A DNA stretch of 44,534 bases. It comes from Thermodesulfovibrionales bacterium. Lineage in GTDB: Bacteria > Nitrospirota > Thermodesulfovibrionia > Thermodesulfovibrionales > SM23-35. The stretch lies in assembly GCA_020062205.1 (NCBI GenBank), contig JAGUWT010000248.1, positions 1 through 44,534 on the forward strand, given 5' to 3'. Made by a program: the position numbers and the translations under genes. The notes beneath the pieces are model-generated. The model made no database searches and had not been told where the DNA came from. It saw nothing but the letters and a program-made list of their open reading frames with translations. Positions 18,020 through 27,253 of the stretch are shown here, piece after piece; position 1 is the first letter of the stretch; each line of letters starts with the position of its first letter.

Positions 18020-19253
18020 CTACTGGGATTTGTGTGGATACATATCCAGTTTCCCACAGAAGAACAGAATCGCAATCCTGAAGTTTTCAAAGTTCCTGAA
18101 TCCCCTTGCTGCTGACTTTATCTGCTGAATCTTGCTATTCAGTCCTTCGGCAACAGCATTGGTTATCCGATGTTTCAGATACGTAAGAATATTATCAAGA
18201 TGCCGTTTCAGTTTCTTGGCAACATCAGCAAGGGGCGTGAGACGAGCATGGGTCGCCCAGCAGTACCACTTTTTAAAGAAGTTCCTTGCAGGCTTTTCGT
18301 ATCGATAGCCCCAGAAGTCTGAAAACATCTCCTTCAATGTCCATGCACGCCCTACCTTCAGCCCTTTATTCTTCAGTTCCCTGAATTGCTGTCTCTGTTC
18401 ATCTGTCCAATTCATGGGGTTCGTCAGCCATAAATACTTCGTACCTTTCAAGTCTTCTGATCCGTCTTTTAAAAGGCTTTTATGCTCTGTTTTCCGCACC
18501 TTGTCTACCGCTTCACCAAGATACTTGGCTATGTGAAATTTGTCGTGCACTATATCCACTTCCGGCAGAAGGGATTCCACCGCATTGATATACGGCTCCC
18601 ACATGTCTATCGCCACCGCTGCTACCTCTTCCCTTTGTTCTTCCGGTATCCTGTGCAATAATTCTGCAAGAGATTCCTCTTTCCGATCTTCTGCAACATC
18701 TAATACCCGAAGCATTGTCCAAATCGCTCAGCACGGTCGCATACCGATGCCCCTTTAAAAAGCTCTTCTCATCTACGCCTATATAATGCAAAGCTCCCTC
18801 GTCTCTCCGTTGAAACCCTCTTTGTACAGCCTTCTCCTGAATCAGATGTACTTCATCCCAACTGAGTTTCAATAACTCCTTTGCCTTCGTCTGATTCTGA
18901 CATCCTAACAGCACATCGATTGACAAACGCTCAAACAATGCTGTGAATCTAGAGTTCTTTTCCGACCAAGGAACATCAATACTCTTTACCCCGTGTTCCT
19001 GACACTTGACCCTCGGTATCCTGCAGTGTAGGATCGTCTGAAACTGCATGGTGTCCAAGTGCCGCCACTGCCGCTCATCCCGATGATCATAGATCACATA
19101 CGACTTGCCACATTCAGAACATAGTGCTTGTTTCTCAGGAGGCCACTCAACCCACACATCTACTTTCTGTCCTTCAAAGTCTATCTGTACCCCTGATACC
19201 TTCCACGGATCCCGTAAGCCTAATAGCTGCCTGTATAGTTCTTTGTCCTGCAT
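18020..19253 (-). mobile_element. ISL3-family transposase gene, split by a frameshift; IS ends not identified
   Basis: ORF 18513-19253 has the zf-ISL3 N-terminus (CSECGKSYVIYDHRDERQWRHLD..RVKCQEHGV) and ends ..ATVLSDLDNA. ORF 18020-18715 continues in another frame (RVLDVAEDRKEESL..DMWEPYINAV..HDKFHIAKYL..AEGLNSKIQQIKSAARGFRNFENF). The shift is near 18705-18720. Confidence 0.85.
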
Positions 19254-19495
19254 CGGCTATCCCCCTTTTTAGGAAGATAGCTTGCTATATCTGCTCCCCT
19301 TCTTTCAACTCTCTATCACACGATTCCCTGAAAAACCAATAAATAAATAGTCGTTATCACAAATAATGAGCTTATAAATGGAATTATAATTACTCGAATA
19401 AATTCAATCTTGTTGCGTGATACTTAGCCGGAATTAAAAAAACTCAAATAATTACTTGGAAACACACATTCCGGACTTATACAGAAACTTCTTAA

Positions 19496-20761
19496 TTACC
19501 ATGTAAAACTATCTTTTATTATTGTTACTGAATTTTCTATGGCAAATTCTTTGCGCAGCTTTAATATGTTGTTTCTAAATATCTGAAATTTATGAATATA
19601 TGCCTGATAGTTTTCAATGATATCTTCCATTATATTCACGAATTCCTCAATTGTGTTGCAACAAATGCCTATGGGGTTATCTTGCTTATTAAAAGTATTA
19701 ATACAATCATTATTGAAATGTAAAACCGGTTTCATGTACGATAAAGATTCGAGAATCGAACCACTACAACTAAGTCGATAACGATTTTTTTCATATAAAA
19801 TGAGAAAAATATCAATATCTTGAGCATATTTTTCCATCTCACCTCTGGTCAACGGTTCGCCCGAACCTGGGCATGTAATGTTTGGAAAACCATCAGTTCC
19901 TCTCTTATCCATTCCAATAATACGAATCTCATAGGGTTTTTTTAACTCTTTTTGGGAAAGCTGAACAGCCACATTGTGTAACATGAATGAATCCCCGTTC
20001 CCGAAAATTGCAAATTTAACATCTTTATTGTTTGGCAGATGGGTTGGCTCAGCAAAAACGTAAGGCATCACAACTGTATAAATATTAAGTTTTTTTACAT
20101 CAATAAATTCCTCAGCATTTACAATTATGTGGGGTGATAGGGAGATATATTTAAAATCAACAGAATGTTTCCAGAGCAATATTTTCTTAGTCGGAAACAA
20201 TTTAGTGAAGATAGGTTGCCAAGGCGTAATAATATGATTGATCATAAACCTTACACCTTTACGCGGTAAGTCTGTTAGCTTCGTTTGCCGTATTTTTTCA
20301 ATAATTGGTTTATTAGGTAACAATGGCACAATTGGCCTGTAACGTTTATCAGCAATATTTTCAAAATCTCCATGAAGTACCAAAGTAAACTTCATTTTAA
20401 GAAATTTGCGTTTTTGTTTTAATTTTTTAATAATATAGAGAATTGTAGGACTAAAGGATAAAAAGAAAATTTTATTTCCCCCTGTTGCAACCACATTGGA
20501 AAACATTTTCTTAAAAAGAGAATAGTAGGTGAGCATTCCAATTATACTAAATGAACCTCTGAATTTAATAGGAATGTATTCAATATTATTAATAATTATA
20601 TTATCATTAATTAAAATTTTTTTGATTACTCTAATGTGCGTAATATCTGCATAAAATATTATTTTCTCCTGCGGATAAGCTAAGCGCAGTCCATAAATAA
20701 AGCCACTGTTAAGTTTTTCGTGGCCGTGTTCTCTACATTGTGGTTCACAAATTACAATCAT
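19496..20761 (-). CDS. Hypothetical protein, very AT-rich; possible GT-B-type glycosyltransferase
   Basis: 421 aa. The C-terminal half (FAIFGNGDS..IRIIGMD..DIDIFLILYEKNRYRLSCSGSILESLSYMKPVL) loosely resembles a GT4 C-domain. Weak. Confidence 0.3.
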   Translation of the reverse strand: MIVICEPQCREHGHEKLNSGFIYGLRLAYPQEKIIFYADITHIRVIKKILINDNIIINNIEYIPIKFRGSFSIIGMLTYYSLFKKMFSNVVATGGNKIFFLSFSPTILYIIKKLKQKRKFLKMKFTLVLHGDFENIADKRYRPIVPLLPNKPIIEKIRQTKLTDLPRKGVRFMINHIITPWQPIFTKLFPTKKILLWKHSVDFKYISLSPHIIVNAEEFIDVKKLNIYTVVMPYVFAEPTHLPNNKDVKFAIFGNGDSFMLHNVAVQLSQKELKKPYEIRIIGMDKRGTDGFPNITCPGSGEPLTRGEMEKYAQDIDIFLILYEKNRYRLSCSGSILESLSYMKPVLHFNNDCINTFNKQDNPIGICCNTIEEFVNIMEDIIENYQAYIHKFQIFRNNILKLRKEFAIENSVTIIKDSFTW

Positions 20762-21666
20762 AAATCACCCATCATTAAATCTGCTAGTTGATAAAAATCC
20801 ACTCTTGGTTGCCAACCTATACTTTTTATTAATTCTGGATTACTAACTAAGATTTTATATTCCGGCACAAAATTTTGCTTTATCTCAACAAAATCCTGCC
20901 AATTTTTATTTATTTTTTTAAAACAATATTCTAACCAATCCTTAATGCTGTATGCTTTACCACTACCAATAACGACTTCGAAAACTGTATCTTGATTTAC
21001 TAACATCCAAACCGCGTCTACCATATCGCCTGCATAATTAAATTCCTTTTTTACATCAATGTTTCCTAGTTCCAAGTTTTCAGTACTGCCCATAGCAATC
21101 CGTTTAACTGAACCAACTATTTTTTGATTTACATGCTTCTCTGAACTCAGCGGGCTATCATGATTAAAAAAATAACCTACATATACTTGCAGGCCAAAAG
21201 TATCGCGATAATACCTCCCAGCATACACCGATTGAATGCGAGCTACAGAATAAGGGCTACTTGCAGCAAAAGGTGTTTTTTCGTCAATAGGCAAACCTTC
21301 GTTTTTAAACTGCATAGCACTGCCGGATAAAAATACTTTGGCTGCCGGACAATGCAGTCGAACACATTCCAAGATATTTAAAGTCCCGGTACTTATTGCA
21401 TTGTGATTATCAAACAATGCATCATGTCGTGTAGTGGAATTTGCTGCGAAATGAAAAATATAGCTGGGTTTTTGATATTTTATTACCGATTCAACAAAAA
21501 CAAAATCGGCCACATCGCCCCTTAACTTCCCATATGAACGAGATACCCCAATTACTTCGATGTTTCGTTTTTGAAGCAATCCGGAAAGGAAATAACCATC
21601 TTGACCGCTTATGCCAAATATTATTGCATTCACAATGATGAATTCCCCCATGAACCCCAAAAACAT
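20758..21666 (-). CDS. GDP-mannose 4,6-dehydratase-like extended SDR with non-canonical catalytic positions
   Basis: IFGISGQDGYFLSGLL (compare GITGQDGSYL), SPYSVARIQSVYAGRYYRDTFGL and FFNHDSPLSS (compare FNHESPRRG). The Tyr-x3-Lys position reads Y-S-V-A-R. Confidence 0.7.
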   Translation of the reverse strand: MFLGFMGEFIIVNAIIFGISGQDGYFLSGLLQKRNIEVIGVSRSYGKLRGDVADFVFVESVIKYQKPSYIFHFAANSTTRHDALFDNHNAISTGTLNILECVRLHCPAAKVFLSGSAMQFKNEGLPIDEKTPFAASSPYSVARIQSVYAGRYYRDTFGLQVYVGYFFNHDSPLSSEKHVNQKIVGSVKRIAMGSTENLELGNIDVKKEFNYAGDMVDAVWMLVNQDTVFEVVIGSGKAYSIKDWLEYCFKKINKNWQDFVEIKQNFVPEYKILVSNPELIKSIGWQPRVDFYQLADLMMGDL

Positions 21667-21768
21667 AAATGTTCCTCACGTTTTGAAGACAAAAGCCTAT
21701 CCCCAGCACCCATTCTTCCTCTCTCCACCCCTCCCAACCACAGGCAACCGGAGGAGTTCTAAATTACC

Positions 21769-22473
21769 TCATTCCTGGATACGTGCCTTTTCCTTTACCG
21801 CGAAGCGAAATACATCCTGAGCATCCGGTCCGTCGGTGAAGCCTTCGGGAATCTGCGTGTCGTCAATACCCGAGAACGTGCTGGTCGAAGCAAAGTAGTC
21901 ACGCAAATCTGCGAGGCAGACAGCGTTTCGGGCGCCGATCTCGCGTAGACCACCTGGCGTTTCGAGCAATTCGACGATTTTTTGCCCTGCCCAGGCGACA
22001 TCGACGTAGGCATATCTGGTTTCAGCCGCCACAAAAACCTGACGGCCAGCGAGGATGTCGTGGAGCGTGTCGTTCGTACGATTGCCGCCGTACATCGGCC
22101 CTAAACGGATAACAAGCGCATTATCTGCTAAAGCCATTAATTCGCACACACGCCGGTGACGTCCGTAGTTGGTGTTGAGCTGGGTTCGACAGGATAAACT
22201 GGAAACCAGCACGAAACGTTTGCCGCGTGCCAAGGCGAGAAATCTGGCTGTCTTCTCAACTGTCTCTTCAAAATCATGCATTGGATCTTTTTCTGCCTGA
22301 AAGCGCCGAGCCGGGTTGGCGGCGTACACAACGATATCCGCACTAGCCAATAGCTCTTCAGCGGAATCGCTCCGTAACACGGGAATCAGGTTATAACGAC
22401 CGCTGGCAACGACGGCACGGGCAATTTGCGTACCCACGTAACCCGCCGCGCCCACCACGGCAACGGTCTTCAT
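21769..22473 (-). CDS. NAD(P)-binding short extended-SDR (putative NDP-4-keto-sugar reductase)
   Basis: 234 aa. VAVVGAAGYVGTQIARAV Rossmann motif, VLVSSLS and YGRHRR. First gene of the GC-richer block. Confidence 0.65.
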   Translation of the reverse strand: MKTVAVVGAAGYVGTQIARAVVASGRYNLIPVLRSDSAEELLASADIVVYAANPARRFQAEKDPMHDFEETVEKTARFLALARGKRFVLVSSLSCRTQLNTNYGRHRRVCELMALADNALVIRLGPMYGGNRTNDTLHDILAGRQVFVAAETRYAYVDVAWAGQKIVELLETPGGLREIGARNAVCLADLRDYFASTSTFSGIDDTQIPEGFTDGPDAQDVFRFAVKEKARIQE

Positions 22474-22955
22474 GTCTTGTCTGAAGACTTACCGGTATTA
22501 TTAACTGGATTGTAGTTCGGGTCTACTGACTTCATATGAGCAACATATTCGGAATCAAAAGGTATCAAGTCTTCATAGACGATAGGCCGATCACAATTAG
22601 CCCATGGCTTGGTCAAGCATGATATACAGATAGATTGCGTTATCGCGTGTACGGCATGAGGCGTGTTGGGCGGCGTGCGAAAACAAACGCCACGACTGGC
22701 GTGCATGTTGATTTCCTTCCCGGTAGCGGGATCTTTTGTGACCATGACTACCGATCCATCCACGATCAAAAAATATTCCACGAATTCTGGATGATAGTGA
22801 TTTCCGCGAATCTTGTTGGGCTGGAAGTAAAGCATGTTAAATTCGACGATCGGCTGGTCCGGCAGCCAGGTGAATATCGCTCCACGGCCATCCTGGACGG
22901 TGCTTATGTTACATGATGCTTCCAGAACATCGATGTTGCCTAGTTTATTTTTCAT
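22470..22955 (-). CDS. Cupin-fold sugar epimerase/isomerase (WbjC/Cap5F C-terminal-domain-like, RGNHYH type)
   Basis: IRGNHYHPEFVEYFLIVDGSVVMV. I prefer the start at MKNKLGN (~22955), preceded by AAGGAGGAGCCC. The 60-codon N-terminal extension in the track is Cys/Ser/Arg-rich junk that overlaps the upstream gene. Confidence 0.65.
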   Translation of the reverse strand: MKNKLGNIDVLEASCNISTVQDGRGAIFTWLPDQPIVEFNMLYFQPNKIRGNHYHPEFVEYFLIVDGSVVMVTKDPATGKEINMHASRGVCFRTPPNTPHAVHAITQSICISCLTKPWANCDRPIVYEDLIPFDSEYVAHMKSVDPNYNPVNNTGKSSDKT

Positions 22956-24246
22956 GGGCTCCTCCTTTATACGGGACTGTAACGAAATGGGGATGCGGTA
23001 ACGGCACAAATAGATGAACTTGGCGCCCGATCGCAAGGCGCTTCTGGATGATCTGAACGAAGGCGTTTGTATAATAGTATGGCAGTACGAACAAGTATTC
23101 GGGCAGGCGATCCAGATAGGATGCTTCCTCGACAATCGGAATCATGGAACCTGTAGTCCATGTGCCGATTTTCTTGGGGCTGTTGTCGAGAATACACGAC
23201 ATACGGTCCGCCTTGATCCCAAGGTACTGTAGGATCATGTTGCCCTTGGTACTGGCACCGAAGCCCCACAAAGGCCCGTGCCATTGCACGATGTGATCTA
23301 CAATCGCTCCAATAGAATCGCGGAGCAACTGCGTGCGGCTATTGAAGGCGTAAAGAGCCTCGTAGGTGTTGGTCTTGTGCTCGGTCTCGAAACGTTGAAT
23401 ATCAACGTAATCCTTCCGCCAGTATTCCTTGGGGAACAGTGCCGGATCCTTGACTATGAACACTCGAAGGCTGCCACCGTAGCTCTCGACGAGGCGAGCT
23501 TCGGCGATGTGCAGACCAACCAGCGTCAGCAGGGACTCCAGCGAGGATAGCGAGTAGTAGGCCGCGTGCTCGTGGACGATGTTATCGAAAATGTTGTCGC
23601 GCAGCATCGTTCCCAAATAGGTCATCTGAAGCACCCAGACCGAATTGTCCGACATGACCTCGCGGATGCTACGGCAGAAATCGAGTGGATCGTTCAAGTG
23701 ATAGAACATCGCCACGCTGAAAATGAGCCGCGGATTCGGCAGACCCAGCTTGCGATACACCTCTGCGTTGAACCGGGCATGGACATGCCGATAATCCGGT
23801 GTCGAAACCGATTGCACCAGACCAGCCGCAGCGTCGACGTTCACACGGGCGCGCACCGGTTGGCGGATCAGACCCAACAGTGTGCCATCGTTTCCGCCGA
23901 TATCGAGAACCACATCATCCCTGCTTAGCGAAGTTACTCGTATGGCGTCATCGACTACATCCTGCAAGATCTGCTTCATCGTGGCCGTTGAGCTACTTTC
24001 GTAAGGGTAATGATCAAACACGTACTGCAAATCGTACGCGTTGGCGAGTTGAACCAGACCGCAACTTTCGTCGGTGCACCGTGTGAGGTTGAGACTCGAT
24101 GCCGTCAGCCCGCCCACAACCGGACTCTTGTCGGAGATAAAAATGGCGCTGGGATACTGGTCACCGATGATCACGATGTCATCTGCGAGAGGCGCGCCGC
24201 AAGAGATACAAGCCACTCGCTTTTTTTGAATTACCATTGTTTCCAT
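22945..24246 (-). CDS. NDP-hexose C-methyltransferase (TylCIII/EvaC-like: Zn-ribbon + SAM MTase + C-methyltransferase C-terminal domain)
   Basis: 433 aa. N-terminal ACISCGAPL..IGDQYPSAIF, SAM motif VLDIGGNDGTLL, C-terminal FGASTKGNMILQYLG..ILDNSPKKIGTWTTGSMIPI. Confidence 0.8.
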   Translation of the reverse strand: METMVIQKKRVACISCGAPLADDIVIIGDQYPSAIFISDKSPVVGGLTASSLNLTRCTDESCGLVQLANAYDLQYVFDHYPYESSSTATMKQILQDVVDDAIRVTSLSRDDVVLDIGGNDGTLLGLIRQPVRARVNVDAAAGLVQSVSTPDYRHVHARFNAEVYRKLGLPNPRLIFSVAMFYHLNDPLDFCRSIREVMSDNSVWVLQMTYLGTMLRDNIFDNIVHEHAAYYSLSSLESLLTLVGLHIAEARLVESYGGSLRVFIVKDPALFPKEYWRKDYVDIQRFETEHKTNTYEALYAFNSRTQLLRDSIGAIVDHIVQWHGPLWGFGASTKGNMILQYLGIKADRMSCILDNSPKKIGTWTTGSMIPIVEEASYLDRLPEYLFVLPYYYTNAFVQIIQKRLAIGRQVHLFVPLPHPHFVTVPYKGGAHEK

Positions 24247-24331
24247 CTTACTTCCTCCGTTGATTCCTGAGGCAATCCAGTGTCGTGTTAGCCTTGTAAT
24301 GCCGGAAAGCGTGTATTATATTTGAGCCGAT

Positions 24332-25600
24332 TTAATTTGAATAAATCCACTTATGATCAAGGTAAACATGACCATATGCAGATAAAGTAGGCAACCGACT
24401 TGGCTCAGGCAATACTTCGGTAACATCAAAGTGTAATAACGCCAACTCGTAATAGTACCACATAACAAATGGTATGTCTATACCAAAGCCAAGCCAATAC
24501 TTGCCAGAACATAAATTAAAACTATCAATTAAACACGATACTCTGTTTTTCCCTCTTTTAATTCGAAGATCCATGTTCTTTCTTGTTTTTGTATTTGTTG
24601 CAAAAACAACACCGTTTGTATCATCATGAGAAATCATAATTTCTATTCCAATATTATCAATTTCACGCTCTGCGTCCAATTCTATATCTATTCTCAACGG
24701 TTTAAAGGGAGTGACAAGTCCAGCATTTTCTTCATTTAGTGTAATTTTCGCAACCACAACATCAATCGCTTTTATTTGAAAGGGGGTGAATGCATTTTGA
24801 GTTGAAATACGGTTTGTGTACTTGTCTGTAACGGCAGTTATTTCGCCTTCTATTATTTTTTCCCCTCCTTCCAATAAAACACCTTTGTTGCATAGACTTT
24901 TTACTGCTCTCATATTATGACTCACAAACAACACCGTCCGTCCTTGGCCCTTACTCACATTTTCCATCTTTCCAAGGCATTTCTTCTGAAACTCCGCATC
25001 GCCCACAGCTAAGACTTCGTCGACCACGAGAATCTCAGGTTCAAGATGGGCGGCTACAGCAAAAGCAAGGCGAACATACATGCCACTCGAGTAACGCTTG
25101 ACCGGCGTATCAAGATATTTTTCCACCTCGGCAAACGCAACTATTTCATCAAATTTACGCCGGATTTCGCCACGTGTCATACCCAGAATAGCTCCGTTCA
25201 GGTAAATGTTCTCACGCCCTGTTAGTTCAGGGTGGAAACCAGTACCCACCTCCAGCAGGCTGGCCACGCGGCCTCTGATCGTGACTCTGCCGGTAGAAGG
25301 TTCGGTAATGCGGCTCAAAATCTTCAATAGCGTACTTTTCCCGGCACCATTGCGGCCGATGATGCCCACGGCCTCACCGCGACGGATCTCAAAACTCACA
25401 TCCTTGAGCGCCCATACCTCTTCCAACGTATTGCCCTGTATGATGGGTTTCCCCTTTGCCAAATCTTTGGTCTTGTTCCAGAGGGTTCGGGCATTCTGCA
25501 TCAGCACGTCGCGCAGAGCCACATAGCGGCCGGTTTCGGCCTGGTGGCCGATGACATATTTTTTGCCGAGGGTTTCAGTCTTGATGACGATGTCATTCAT
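24332..25600 (-). CDS. wzt: O-antigen/polysaccharide ABC exporter ATP-binding protein Wzt, with a ~150-aa C-terminal beta-rich extension (putative glycan-cap binding domain)
   Basis: Walker [15 protein letters not shown], signature [14 protein letters not shown], Walker [14 protein letters not shown]-loop FVSHN. An extra C-terminal domain follows. Confidence 0.9.
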   Translation of the reverse strand: MNDIVIKTETLGKKYVIGHQAETGRYVALRDVLMQNARTLWNKTKDLAKGKPIIQGNTLEEVWALKDVSFEIRRGEAVGIIGRNGAGKSTLLKILSRITEPSTGRVTIRGRVASLLEVGTGFHPELTGRENIYLNGAILGMTRGEIRRKFDEIVAFAEVEKYLDTPVKRYSSGMYVRLAFAVAAHLEPEILVVDEVLAVGDAEFQKKCLGKMENVSKGQGRTVLFVSHNMRAVKSLCNKGVLLEGGEKIIEGEITAVTDKYTNRISTQNAFTPFQIKAIDVVVAKITLNEENAGLVTPFKPLRIDIELDAEREIDNIGIEIMISHDDTNGVVFATNTKTRKNMDLRIKRGKNRVSCLIDSFNLCSGKYWLGFGIDIPFVMWYYYELALLHFDVTEVLPEPSRLPTLSAYGHVYLDHKWIYSN

Positions 25601-25603
25601 AGT

Positions 25604-25633
25604 GGAATATGGTAGTTAGGAGATAATAGATAG
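25604..25633. repeat. Weak heptamer-periodic segment 3' of the second four-helix-bundle ORF (left arm of an imperfect inverted repeat)
   Basis: ..GTTAGGA GATAATA GATAGGG.. The segment GGAGATAATAGATAG (25619-25633) is complementary, with 3 mismatches in 15, to CCATCTTCTATCTCC at 26004-26018. Confidence 0.4.
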
Positions 25634-25635
25634 GG

Positions 25636-26007
25636 TTAACCATTTTTACGCCTTTGCGTAGATTGAATTAAACCGGTAATCAATTTGCCTACACTCACGA
25701 CATCTTTACGTAGCGAAGTTGCCTGTTGGACAAGAGATGGATAATTATCTTCCGCAACATAGAGCAAAGATCTAACTTCTGCACCTGAACCGCGCGCCAC
25801 ATTATAAAACTGCATCTTCTCCTGCAGATGCATTCGCTCAAAGCCCTCGGCAATGTTGCTCATTATTGAGACCGCCGCCCGCTGCAATTGTCCGCAAAGC
25901 CCGTAATCACGTGCCAATTTATCGTTTAGGGTTATTTGATAAATAGCAATAACTAACTTTCGCGCCTGCTGCCATACCTCCAAATCCTCAAAAGATTTCA
26001 TTTCCAT
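25636..26007 (-). CDS. Four-helix-bundle protein (23S rRNA IVS protein / Avd family), second copy
   Basis: 123 aa. FEDLEVWQQARKLVIAIYQIT..LCGQLQRAAVSIMSNIAEGFER. Lies between wzm and wzt. Confidence 0.85.
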   Translation of the reverse strand: MEMKSFEDLEVWQQARKLVIAIYQITLNDKLARDYGLCGQLQRAAVSIMSNIAEGFERMHLQEKMQFYNVARGSGAEVRSLLYVAEDNYPSLVQQATSLRKDVVSVGKLITGLIQSTQRRKNG

Positions 26008-26035
26008 CTTCTATCTCCAATCTTCTATCTGCTAG
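26004..26035. repeat. Heptamer-periodic segment 5' of the second four-helix-bundle ORF (right arm)
   Basis: CTTCTAT CTCCAAT CTTCTAT CTGCTAG spans the gap between the wzm stop and the ORF start. Confidence 0.5.
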
Positions 26036-26883
26036 ATCAGATCTGCAAAAGTTTTTTCCGTCTTGCGGAAACGGGATACGCCCAGCCAGAGGAAGAATGT
26101 AATGATAGCAAGACTGAGTATGAAGCCTGGTACGTAAATGGGGCTGTTGCCGCCGAGGATGCACCAGCGGAAACCGTCGATCACCCCCACCATGGGATTC
26201 AGGCTGTAAAGCAGTCGCCATTGCTCCGGGACGACCTTGCTGCTGAATCCTACCGGAGAAACATAAAGACCGAACTGCACCACAAACGGGATGATATAGC
26301 GGAAATCCCGGTATTTCACATTGAGCGCCGTAATCCAGAGACCGGGTCCCAGGCTGGCCAGCAAGGCCAGGATGATGAAGAACGGCAGCAACAGCATGTG
26401 CCAGCCGGGTGCGAATTGATAATAGACCATCATTCCGATTAGAATAATAAAACTGATGAGGAAATCTATTAAAGCGGTTACCAGGGTCGCCGTGGGAATG
26501 ATCAGTCTGGGGAAGTAAACCTTACTGATCAGCTTCTCATTGCCGATCAGACTGTTGGACGATTCACTCAGTGCGTTTGAGAAAAGGGACCAGGGGAGCA
26601 TGGCGGCAAAGACCATCAGTGCGTAAGGTGCGCTTCCGTCGCTGGGGAGTTTGGCGATTCGGCCAAAAATGACGGTAAACACAATCATTGTAAGAAAGGG
26701 CCTGAGAATTGCCCAGAGAATCCCGATGATGGTCTGCTTGTAACGCACGGAGATATCACGCCAGGCCAGAATCAGAAAGAGTTCACGGTATCGCCAGAGA
26801 TCGGCCCAGTAGTTTTTCTCCGTGCGGCCGGGCTCGATGATGAACACCGGTTCTTGTGTATGTGTCGAAGATGAGTCAGTCAT
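26032..26883 (-). CDS. wzm: ABC-2 type polysaccharide exporter permease Wzm
   Basis: 283 aa with six hydrophobic segments. ELFLILAWRDISVRYKQTIIGILWAILRP is the ABC-2/Wzm N-terminal signature. Confidence 0.9.
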   Translation of the reverse strand: MTDSSSTHTQEPVFIIEPGRTEKNYWADLWRYRELFLILAWRDISVRYKQTIIGILWAILRPFLTMIVFTVIFGRIAKLPSDGSAPYALMVFAAMLPWSLFSNALSESSNSLIGNEKLISKVYFPRLIIPTATLVTALIDFLISFIILIGMMVYYQFAPGWHMLLLPFFIILALLASLGPGLWITALNVKYRDFRYIIPFVVQFGLYVSPVGFSSKVVPEQWRLLYSLNPMVGVIDGFRWCILGGNSPIYVPGFILSLAIITFFLWLGVSRFRKTEKTFADLI

Positions 26884-27003
26884 TTATCCAATGATGTCGA
26901 GTATGATCAGCATTTTATTACGGCAATCAGGCCAACGCCTGCTGCGAGGATGATGTGCCTATACTTCTTAACAATATGATTGATTTAAGGATTCAATTTT
27001 ATA

Positions 27004-27234
27004 TTATATACGACCGTATTGTGATGTTAAAGCACCAATTCCTATAGCCTCGTGTGTAGATTTTTTTATCAAATTCTCTACAATTTCTCTCGAATAGCGA
27101 AAACAGTTAATATCAAGTACTTCTACATTATGTCGCTTCTCTCGTAAAGAACTTGCAATATAGCCGGTCCCCAATGGAACTGAATTTGCTGGCGATGTTT
27201 CCCGTATTGGTGGACAAATCAATAAAATTTTCAT
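27004..27234 (-). pseudogene. 5' stub (76 codons) of a B12-binding-domain/radical-SAM-type gene
   Basis: MKILLICPPIRETSPANSVPLGTGYIASSLREKRHNVEVLDIN resembles the N-terminal B12-binding domain. No radical-SAM core follows. Confidence 0.45.
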
Positions 27235-27253
27235 ATATACTCCTGGTTACCTA

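Noticed and set aside
18513-18715. The overlap of the two ISL3 ORFs considered as programmed -1 frameshifting of the IS3 type.
   Set aside because: To my knowledge ISL3 transposases are normally single ORFs. The conserved protein sequence continues directly across the junction (..LSDLDN / RVLDVAED..), and I saw no slippery heptamer or structure.
22956-23135. N-terminal extensions of track ORFs: 22470-23135, 11277-12311 (beyond 12227), 33351-33992 (beyond 33920) and 30040-30336 (beyond 30288).
   Set aside because: In each case an internal ATG is preceded by a strong GGAGG-type SD. The extension overlaps the upstream gene and encodes implausible peptide. I chose the shorter starts.
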